Assembly: GCA_951406725.2 (NCBI GenBank)
Contig: OX597842.1
Location: 14,570,001-14,634,000 of the forward strand
Source of the DNA: Octopus vulgaris
Taxonomy: Eukaryota
Length of the DNA stretch: 64,000 bases
Direction of reading: 5' to 3'
Shown here: piece after piece, positions 53,972 to 64,000 of the stretch
Position numbering within the stretch: the stretch's first letter is position 1
How the letters are laid out: every line of letters starts with the position of its first letter
Notes under the pieces: model-generated
What the model saw: the letters and a program-made list of their open reading frames with translations, nothing else
Databases searched by the model: none
Told to the model about the DNA's origin: nothing
Made by a program: the position numbers and the translations under genes

Positions 53972-54544
53972 CTTGTTCTTCTTCATCTTCTTGTTCTCCT
54001 CCCCCTCCTCCCCCTCCTCCTCCTTCTTCTTCTTCTGCTGCTTCTGCTCCTGCTGCTTCTTCTTCTTCCCTTTCCTTTTGTTGTCATCGTCTTCTTTCGC
54101 CTCTTTTTTTCCTTTCGCAATTTATTTTGTTTTCCTTCTGCTCTTCTTTTTCTGTCTCTCCTCCTTCTTTGTCATCTTCTTCTTGTTGCTGCTTTTCTTC
54201 TTCATCTTTTACTTCTGCTACTCCTTCGTTTCGTCTAGTTCTTATTTTTCTACTCCTCCTCCTTCAACTCTTCATTCTCTCCTTTCTTTTTGTTCTTCCT
54301 CTACTACATCTCCTCTACTTTCCTTCTTTTTCCTCTTCTATTCCTTCTTTTTCTGTTATTTTCCGTCTTCTTCTGTTCTCTTCCTTCCTCCCCTCCTCTT
54401 CATATTCTTCCTTCTCGCCGTCCCTCTCATCATCATCTCCATTTAAATTTCTTAATTATATCTAATTTTTTTTCGCCATAATATTTAACATTTTGTCACT
54501 AATCTTTTCTATATGTTTGTTATGAACTCCGTTTTATGTTACAG

Positions 54545-54616
54545 GAATTTGAATGACAATAATATCACGTATATTCAACGCGGTACCTTCGAAAACCTTC
54601 CGAATTTAGAAGAACT
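54545..54616 (+). CDS. LRR exon D3 (identical to D1)
   Basis: 72 nt with the same splice sites. Confidence 0.85.
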
Positions 54617-56737
54617 GTGAGTTGTGTCGCTTTTGTTCGTACCATCTATTTCCCCATATATCTACATTGTTAATATCTTCTCCAACTTTGTTTTTTTCTC
54701 TCTCTCTTTCAAGAGTGTATCTATCTAACACCCGTTCACTCTCTCCATAGTTTTCTCTGAGTGTATGTGTGAATGCGTGTTTGTGAAAGTGTAGGTGTGT
54801 GGATGAATGAGCTTCTTTTTTACTTACTTCTTATGCATAGGTAATCATGTTCTTGTTTATAAACATCCGTTTACCTAATATTTAAATTCTCATTATTCAA
54901 CTATATTCCATCATTTTTTCTCGTTGTTTACTTTTTTATTCTAGTTTTCTAAGTTTATCTTTTAATCTTCATATGTTTTTGTGTATGGATGTACAGATAC
55001 CGAGTATATCAGAAAAAAGTGTCCAAATTTTAGATACAAATTCGAAACGTTGTGTCTCAGTATTACTTAAAGGTAACAGAAGTATCAGCGGCTTTTCTTA
55101 CACAAATGGGCCATATTTTGAGCAAGACGAAATGTGAGTTCCTCTCCAAGCTCTCATGAATAATCATGAATGAATTGGCGAAGATGAAATTATATGTTTT
55201 AACATAGCTCAGGATTGGGAGCTCATGAAACATTGGAATACATTTCAAATGAAAGGTTTTAAAGTTATATTTGAAACATTGAGTAAGAATTCTGGCCAAA
55301 CCCTTGGATTTTAGGCATCATGAGTTACTCCTTGTTTGCCAAAGACTTTATCAACCCTTTTCCTGCCTTACCACAAAATTTCTTATGGAAGTTCTCATCA
55401 ATGTCCTATTCACACGACCTAAGAATGGATGTTTCGAGGGCTTTCAGATAGGTGTGGGGCTACTCACAAACATTTTTATGATCAGTTCATGCCAGATGCT
55501 GACGTCTAAAGTGCTCAAACCAGGGGATGAATGAGGCCAAGTGTCCTTATCCTAAAACCTTTTCGCAAACTCATCCATGGGAAACACTTGTCTCACTACA
55601 CTTGTGTCACAAGGAACATCATCTTACCATCAGAGATCATGCATTTGAAAAGTATCACTTAGTCAGGTTTTTGCCCCTAAAATGACATTATTACTTTCTC
55701 GTGAGCTGAAGCGAGAACTCAGCTGTCGCGTCAGTTTGTGCGCATATCGAGGGTGAATATCCTTCTTCTCGCTCCTCCTCATCTTATTATTTTCTTCTTC
55801 TTCTTCTTTGCTTCTTCTTCTCCTCCTACCTCTACTTATACTTCTACTTGTAGTTGTTGTCGTTGTTGTTGTTGTTCTTCTTCTTCCTTGTCTTTTTACT
55901 CGTCTACATTTTTCCTTCTGATTCTTCATATCCTTCCTTTCTCTTATTCTTCAATTTCATTTTCTTCACACTCTCCTCTGCATCTATCAATTTATCTCTC
56001 CCCGCTTCCACTTCCTCGTTGTTCTTTTTATCCGGCTTTTACTTTTCTTGCCTCCTCTACTCATTGCCGTTGTTGTTGTTGTTGTTGTTGTTGTTGTTGC
56101 TGTTCTCCTTCTTATTCTTCTTCTTCTTCTTCTTCTTCTTCTTCTTCTTCTTCTTCTTCTTCTTCTTCTTCTTCTTCTTCTTCTTCTCTATATTTTTCCT
56201 TTTTGTTTTCATAAATTTTCTTCCTGTTCTCTTTTGTTGTCATCGTCTTCTTTCGCCTCTTTTTATTTATTTTGTTGTTTTCCTTCTGCTCTTCTTTTTC
56301 GTTCTCTCGTTCTTCTTTGTCATCTTCTTCTTCCTTTCTTCTTCTTCTTCTTCTTCTTCTTCTTCTTCTTCTCTCTTCTGCTACTCTCTCTTCTTCTTCT
56401 TCTTTTCTTCTTCTCTTCTTTCGTCTCGTCTAGTTCTTATTTTTCTACTCCTCCTCCTTCAACTCTTCATTCTCTCCTTTCTTTTTGTTCTTCCTCTACT
56501 ACATCTCCTCTACTTTCCTTCTTTTTCCTCTTCTATTCCTTCTTTTTCTGTTATTTTCCGTCTTCTTCTGTTCTCTTCCTTCCTCCCTCCTCTTCATATT
56601 CTTCCTTCTCGCCGTCCCTCTCATCATCATCTCCATTTAAATTTCTTAATTATATCTAATTTTTTTCGCCATAATATTTAACATTTTGTCACTAATCTTT
56701 TCTATATGTTTGTTATGAACTCCGTTTTATGTTACAG

Positions 56738-56809
56738 GAGATTGAATGACAATAATATCACGTATATTCAACGCGGTACCTTCGAAAACCTTGCGAATTT
56801 AGAAAAACT
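56738..56809 (+). CDS. LRR exon D4: RLNDNNITYIQRGTFENLANLEK(L)
   Basis: 72 nt, gttacag| ... ct|gtgagt; 4 nt differences from D1, all non-synonymous. Confidence 0.92.
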
Positions 56810-58789
56810 GTGAGTTGGGTCGCTTTTATTCTTACCATTTATTTCCCCATATATCTACATTGTTAATATCTTCTCCAACTTTGTTTTTTTCTATCTCTCT
56901 TCCTAGAGTGTATCTATCTAACACCCGTGCACTCTCTCCATAGTTTTCTCTGAGTGTATGTGTGAATGCGTGCTTGTGAAAGCGTAGGTGTGTGGATGAA
57001 TGAGCTTCTTTTTTACTTACTTCTTAAGCATAGGTAATCATGTACTTGTTTCTAAACATCCGTTTACCTAATATTCAAATTCTCATCATTCAACTATATT
57101 CCATCATTTTTTCCCTTTGTTTACTTCTTTATTCTAGTTTTCTAAGTTTATCTTTTAATCTTCATATGTTTTTGTGTATGGATGTACAGACACCGAGTAT
57201 ATCAGAAAAAAGTGTCCAGATTTTAGATACAACTTCGAAACGTTGTGTCTCAGTATTACTTAAAGGTAACAGAACTATCAGCGGCTTTTCTAACACAAAT
57301 GGACCCTATTTTGAGCAAGACGAAATGTGAGTTCCTCTCCCACCTCTCATGAATAATCATGAATGAATTGGCGAAGATGAAATTATATGTTTTAACATAG
57401 CTCAGGATTGGGAGCTCATGAAACATTGGAAGAAAGTTCAAATGGAAGGTTTTAAAGTTATATTTGAAAGATTGAGTAAGAATTCTGGCCAAACCTCTGG
57501 TTTTGAGGCATCATGAGTTACTCCTTGTTTCACAAAGACTTTATCAACCCTTTTCCTGCCTTACCACAAGATTTCTTATGGAAATTCTCATCAATGTCCT
57601 ATTTTAACGTCCGGGTAAGTGTGGGGCTACTCACAAACTTTTTTACGATCAGTTCATGCCAGATGCTGACGTCTAAAGGGCTCAAACCAGGTGATGAATG
57701 AGGCCAAGTGCCCTTATCCTAAAACCTTTTCGCAAACTCATCCATGGAAAACATTTGTCTCACTACACTTGTGTGACAAGGAACATCCTCTTACCATCAG
57801 ATATCATGCAGTTGAAAATTATCACTTAGACACTTTTGGCTTTCTCGTGAGCTGAAGCCAGAACTCAGCTGTCGCTTCAGTTTGTGCGCATATCTTGGGT
57901 GAATATCTTCTCATCTCTGTGAAATATCTCTCGAAAGTTGTGTTTCACTTTGTCGCAGATGAACTTCGCCCACTCCAATCTTCTAAACTTTTGTCCTGGA
58001 GTATCAAGACTCCTCACAATTTTCATATGCGATTTCATTTTCACATCTTCTGTCACCAGATGCCAATAATCTTATGGATTGATTTGGATCTCTTCAGCTC
58101 CAGATTGAAATGATCCTTCTTGAGGTTATGACCTCCTTATGTAGCTTTCCTCTCCACTATTCCATCATTCTCAAACGTACACACAATTGTCTTGATAATT
58201 ATTGAATGGGCATTGAAGATGGAATCTAGAGAATGAATTTCGATACCATTACTGAAGGACTGAATGGTTTTAACCCTCTCAACCTTGCTCAGTCGGGTGT
58301 GGCTGACACAAAACTATTTCATTCTGTTACCTTTCTAGCTAAATATCTCAAATGGTATTTCACTGATTCTTATAAAAACGTGTGTCAGTATGTCCAGCCA
58401 GCTTATGTGCAAAACATGTAACAAAAAGCAAAAAGTGTGTTAGTTTAAAATTTTTCAAGAGTGTTTGAGCATGGCAGTTTTGCTGTTACATATGTTATAT
58501 ATTTATGTCTAAGTATATGTGCGAGTGCGTGTGAATGTATCAAATCTTAACCTATTCTCCATCATCATCATTAGAAACTTCACTAGCACGAACGTCAACA
58601 TGAAAATCATCATCATTATCTTCAATAATTATCCTCATTAGAATCATTATCACAATCAGCACCAGCAACATTTTCTTCAACACTACCACATTCTTCCTGT
58701 CTTAAGACTCAAAACTATGTACGACGACGACGTTTGGCACCACCACCTCTCCTCCTCCTCCTCCCCTTCACCAACACCACCATCAGATT

Positions 58790-59420
58790 CTCTTGTGAAA
58801 AGAAGCTGCGAAAAAGCGACACCAAATCAGATGAAAATATAAAAACGAACTCTAGTGACTTCTACAGATTTCAAAAGTATTTACCTTAGTGCGCTACAGC
58901 CTATGGCCAGGAGGATAAGCGAAATACTCAATTAACAATTCGCAAATGCTTTCAATTCCTCATTAGAAAATATGCAAATAAGCAAGCTTGATAAGTTCCT
59001 ACAGAAAAGAAAGTAAACATCTGTTATTTCGATGTGAACTTAGTCACAGCTCTAATGGTTTTCTAGGAATGCTTTTAAAGATTTGCAAGAAAGCCCTTCC
59101 AGAACGACTGCAGATACTTTTCCAGAGCTTCCGTACATTTTGGCAAACATTCCAAAGTGTTAGAAGATAGGTTATATTGATGAAGAAGGAGGTAGAGAAA
59201 ACTCTAAATATTACAGGTATAATTCTCTGATCTCACATATTAGGCAAGTTATGAGACTCGTTGTCGGAAAGTAGTTGATTACATTTCGAGAACAAAACCT
59301 ATTCACTAACATACAGAATGGCTTCTGTCCAGGAAGGAGTTGTCTTACTCAGCAGCTACTGCAAAGTGACTGGGTACTGAAACAACAGGTGAACTTTTCA
59401 AATATGGATGATATCTGGAC
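58790..59420 (+). mobile_element. Decayed LINE reverse transcriptase fragment (CR1/Jockey-like)
   Basis: YRYNSLISHIRQVMRLVV..NLFTNIQNGFCPGRSCLTQQL resembles YRPISL..QHGFR.GRSCLTQL. Confidence 0.7.
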
Positions 59421-59799
59421 ATCAATATTCCAACATCAGCCATCTTTAACCAGTCTGCAATTAACATGTTAATGGTTTTAATTTGTTGTCAAATATTTCA
59501 ATGTGCGTAGATTTGTAATATTAACAGATTTTCTTGCAGTCAGAACCTTGTGGGGGTGACCAAATATATATTATATCATGATTGCCAGAGTAGAAGCTTC
59601 ATTATTACTTTAAGACTTTTGGAAGAACACCTGTTAATGAAACAATGTGGATATTAGTTAGTTCTAAATGATGCTTAGTTTTGTCATTAACCGAATGCCA
59701 CAAAGTTTTTGACCATTTTTGACCAATAGCAGTACTGTGTATTGTATAACTAGAATTTAATTTGAAAGTACTTTTTTAGTATGTTGGCATCCGGATTCA

Positions 59800-60880
59800 G
59801 TAAATGTATCATGTTTCAAAACAAGAGAAGAAATTTGTACAGTTTTGAAATATGAGTTCTCTCTTGGAAATACAACATCACTGACAGCTCGGAATATTAA
59901 TGGGGAATTTCATTCTAATGTTATTACACAGCAAACAGTATCAAATTGGTTTGCAAAATCTAGTTCTGGTAAATTTGATCTTACAAATGAGCAATGCGGT
60001 CGACCAGAAACAAAGTTGGATATTTTCGAACTGAAAGCAACCGTCGAGTCTGATCCATCTCAAAGTGCCTGTGAATTATTGTTGTTGTTTTGTGTTAGCA
60101 AACAATATTGACTCACCTAGTTCAAATCGGTAAAGTGAAAACGTTGGATAAGTGGCTTCGACATGTATTCAATAAAAATCAGAAATAACAACGTTTGGAA
60201 GCCTACATTATGCTAGTTTCTCATCGCAAAAAAGAATTATTTTTGAATCAGATTGTAACGTGATGAGAAATCGATCTAATGCCTCAACTGTAGAGGTTAA
60301 CCACAATGGCTGCACCAAGATGAGCCACCAAAACACAGTCCAAAACGGAAAAGAAGCTGATGGTGTGTGTTTGGTGGTCTGGTCCAGGTGTGATCCGTTA
60401 TGGTTTCATTACCCCTGGCTCATTAATCTCAGCCGAAGTACACTGCAGCCAGCTGGAACAAATGATGCAGAAAAGTACAAAAAACAACCTAGATTAGTCA
60501 ACAGATCAATCCTATTTTACTGCAAGACATCGCCGGATTACACATCGAAAACATAACTCTGGCGAAACTACAGGGTTTCGAGTTGGAAGCTCTCCTTCAT
60601 CTACCTACTCACCCGATATTGCCCCCACTGACTACCACATCTGTCAGAATTTCACTAACTTTTTGTTAGGAAAAAAATTAATTCCGATGATTCTGTAAAA
60701 CAAGCCTTCCAGGAATTTATTGTCTCTAGACTGCCAGGCTTTTACAGTTCCGGGCTGCACAGGCTACCGCTGAAATGGCAAAAGTGTATTGAAAATATGG
60801 GTGCATATATTGAAGAATAAAACTATTCCTTGTATTTAAAAAAACATTGGTTTTTTATAATTTTCATACTTGACGACCTA
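59800..60880 (+). mobile_element. Near full-length decayed mariner (Mos1-like) transposase
   Basis: YEFSLGN..TARNIN..TVSNWFAK..GKFDLTNEQCGRP, KLMVCVWWS, and YSPDIAPTDYHI (YSPDLAPSDYHL motif); many stops and frameshifts. Confidence 0.85.
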
Positions 60881-61041
60881 TTATGAAAGATATATATGTT
60901 TTACAAAACAGTTTAGAGACAAACATTAATTCCTACATATATTTTGAATATGTTTCTTAAAGTTGTGAATTGGTGTTAAGATAAGTGTTTTAATTATTCA
61001 TGATTAATTTTTGCAATTTCGTCATTATATTGCTCTTCGAA

Positions 61042-61479
61042 TCTCTCTCTATATAAACGGCAGTTTGTCTGTCTGTGTCTGTGTGTCTGTCAGGTTGTAC
61101 CCTCACCCTGACCACGGCTTTCAACCGATTCTGATGAAACTTGACACACACATAGCCCAATATCATAATTCAAAACTAACGCAGTGAACATTTTGAAAAG
61201 TTCCCCCAGTTCTGAAAAAAATCGATAAATTCGACATGGGGTCGAGAATCTAAGCTTTTTATATGCAACACATTTTCTGTCTAGGGGACACAACTCGACC
61301 TTTTTATCGCCCAAAGGGACAGCTAGGAACATCGTATACACAGAAGTATTCGAGTGAAGAGAAGACATTGCAACCTACACATGCGCCTTCGTTCCCAAGA
61401 GGGAAATTACTAGATTGGGATTAGTCGTTGCCTACTAGGGGCTCTTACATACCCGGGCAACGCCGGGCTATGCTGCTAG
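61042..61479 (+). mobile_element. Non-autonomous Helitron
   Basis: A|TC..., 3' cccgggcaacgccggg hairpin then CTAG|T. Confidence 0.8.
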
Positions 61480-61813
61480 TATATAATATTTGTACATTCG
61501 GTGAGAATGTGATGTAAAACCAACATCCTGCACAAAACAATGTCTCGATGTCTTGTTATTCTTATAGCTTATTTTCGTCCATCTTTTGTTAATCGGTTAT
61601 CACAGAAACCTTCTCTTCCCTCAGGATATCTAAGTGAGATTAATGGAAACTACTCTTGTCCAAACTATAGGCAGAAAACTCATAGAGAAATAAACATCTT
61701 TGCAGTAAACATGAGCTTTTATTTGCTTAGTTTAGACAGTATATTAACAGTAGAAAACAGACTTATTAATTGTACATATTCTAACTTATAGAATACTTAT
61801 TTCTTTTTTCCAG

Positions 61814-61885
61814 ATATTTGAGCAACAACCAAATACAAAACTATGAGGATGGCGCGTTCTTATTCCTTCCCAGTATTAATCAAAT
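61814..61885 (+). CDS. LRR exon E (single copy): YLSNNQIQNYEDGAFLFLPSINQ(I/M)
   Basis: 72 nt, strong acceptor ttcttttttccag| and donor at|gtatgt, phase 2-2; the gene continues beyond the window. Confidence 0.9.
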
Positions 61886-62145
61886 GTATGTACAACAATT
61901 CTTTCTTTATTGGAAAACCAAAAGTCTTTAAACACATAAAAACATTTCATCAGACTAAAATCATAAAAAATGATGTCATCAAATTCACAGTTGTTTAATT
62001 CAGTTGACAATAAATAGCAATGTTTTGGTTTTAATTTTAATGTGGCACCATGAATATTTCTGAGTATTGTGTTTTGTCATTGCAACGTCAGTGTTCAAAC
62101 AACATGAAGGTTGGTTTGATATAGTTTCATCCATGTTCGGAAATA

Positions 62146-63056
62146 CGAGGTGTATTCAAAAGGCGTCCAATATTTGGCTACAAAAGTATCCAACCTTTGT
62201 CCATTTCATAAATTTTATTTAATCTTCTTCAAAATACTCCTCTTGGGATTTCACTCATAAGTTTTGTCATTGTTTCTATCATTTCTGGAACACCTTCTTG
62301 AGAGTGTTATGCAGCTCTGCTGTCCTCTCTCCACTCGGATCGCTTCTCTTTCAGCGTCGTTTTTACTTTTGGAAAGAGTCAGAAGTCACATGGCGCCATG
62401 TGGGGAGATTTGGGAGCCTATCGAAAAAGGGGTCTGTTACTATTGATCATGAAAGCTTGGATTACGAAGTGCATTCAAAATGTATCTGAATTTATTTTTT
62501 CGTTGATATTCTCTGCATGCACAAATCCTCCGTTAAAATATAATACACTGATCCTCTGCTTATTTCAACTTCGTGAATAATTCCCTGGATTGTTACATTA
62601 CGATCTTCGATGACTAATTACCGAAGCTTCTCAATCAGCTCCTCGTTTCGCCTTCTTTATGGCCTGCCTCAGCGTGCTTCGCTCGCCTCTGAGGTTCGGC
62701 CATGTTTGAAGCAGTTGTACCACTCTTTGTTCTACCTTTTGCCCATGGCATCATTAATAAGAGCCTGCCGAATCTTCTCGTTGGTGTCAGGTTGAGTAAC
62801 ACTCAGCCTTCTTCGAAACTAAATGCAATATCTCTGCTCGATGTACTCGTAACACTCGGAGAGTGGTGCAGCCTACCGGCGTGGTACACGGTTGCGTCAT
62901 ACCGGCGTAGTATACCAAGGCGTCAGGCTGGCGCGGCATATTAGCGAGGAAAGTTTCACGCATATGCAGGAAGGATGGCGTCACATCCCAGCTAAAGTAT
63001 TTTGCCCACGCAGCATAAGTTTTGGCGAAAAAATCATACATTTTGGATGCATTTCG
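62146..63056 (-). mobile_element. Internally deleted mariner element
   Basis: TA-flanked imperfect TIRs tacgaggtgtattcaaaa / ttttggatgcatttcgta; ends of the transposase are recognisable on the minus strand. Confidence 0.6.
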
Positions 63057-63406
63057 TACAGAAAATAAATTGAAGCTGGTTCAGAAGTATACATATACAA
63101 ATATACACACACACACAAACATTAGACATTTAGGAGATTCGAAATCTGGAGAATAGCTGTGAAACGGTTAGAAGGTTGAGTGAAGATACCCTTTTAAGAC
63201 GAGGTAAAGGAGCACAGTAAGCAGACTCAAACTCTGCACAATTCAAATTCTACATGAGCAGTCAGTACTATTGAGCTAAATGATCACTGACACTAAACGG
63301 TGCCTTTCACAGAGTTAAATTATAACGTTTGGAATTTGGAAGCATTTTTCATAAACAAACATCAAAGTTTTGAGTGTGTTCGATTCTATATATATGTATA
63401 TATATG

Positions 63407-63513
<107 letters not shown>

Positions 63514-63522
63514 GTGTATACA

Positions 63523-63845
63523 TGGCCAGTGGTTAGAGCGTCGAGCTTACGATCATGAGGTTGTGAGCTCGAATCCCGGTCCGGGCTGCGTGTTGTGTTC
63601 TTGAGCAAAGCACTTTATTTTTCACGTTGCTCCAGTTCACTCAGCTGTAGAAATGAGTTGCGACGATACTGCCAAGCTGTATCGACCTTTGTCTTTCCCT
63701 AGGATAACACTGGTGGCGTGGAGAGGGGAGGCAGGTACGCATGGGCGACTGCTGGTCTTCCATAAACAACCTTGCCCGGACTTGTGTCTAGGAGGGTAAC
63801 TTTCTAGGTGCAATCCCATGGTCATTCATGACCGAAGGGGGTCTT
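63523..63845 (+). mobile_element. tRNA-derived SINE within (TA)n
   Basis: A-box tggccagtggttagagcg, B-box-like gagctcgaatccc, then gtgttcttgagcaaagcacttta core; no full cloverleaf. Confidence 0.75.
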
Positions 63846-63857
63846 TATATATATATG

Positions 63858-63892
<35 letters not shown>

Positions 63893-63927
63893 GTGTATAT
63901 ATGTATGTATATATGTATATATGTATG

Positions 63928-63992
<65 letters not shown>

Positions 63993-64000
63993 TGTGTGTG

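Larger units (their letters stand above)
49319..57906. repeat. Four tandem ~2.14-2.19-kb exon-containing units (D1-D4)
   Basis: Units start at ~49319, 51465, 53602 and 55759; exon spacing is 2138, 2156 and 2193 bp. Confidence 0.96.

Noticed and set aside
49228-56681. Long Cys/Ser/Pro/Phe-rich ORFs of up to 308 aa in the D units
   Set aside because: Translations of (TTC)n/(TTG)n/(CCT)n intron tracts; frames break differently between copies.
63523-63600. tRNA gene
   Set aside because: Only A/B-box-like motifs followed by a SINE body; no complete cloverleaf.

Overview
This is eukaryotic, AT-rich, microsatellite-dense animal DNA; the SINE and microsatellite make-up resembles octopus genomes, which is my inference. 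Nearly all ORFs in the supplied track are low-complexity artefacts. Hidden among the repeats is the 5' part of one + strand gene for an extracellular leucine-rich-repeat (LRR) protein, spanning 10778 to beyond 61885. It has a signal-peptide/LRRNT exon, eleven intact 72-nt exons in phase 2-2 that each encode one LRR, one 70-nt frameshifted LRR exon, one dead LRR exon and several exon-less duplicated units. The LRR exons multiplied by tandem duplication of exon plus intron units of about 0.36, 0.79, 2.15 and 3-4.6 kb. Sister exons are much more divergent than their flanking introns, with changes concentrated on the exposed beta-strand positions, which suggests a diversifying recognition receptor. 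The window also holds four R4/Dong-like retrotransposon remnants in (TAA)n tracts, Tc1/mariner relics, non-autonomous Helitrons, SINEs, and three minimal type I hammerhead ribozyme motifs in one intron, two with compensatory 3:8 core variants. The C-terminus of the gene lies outside the window, so its family cannot be named.
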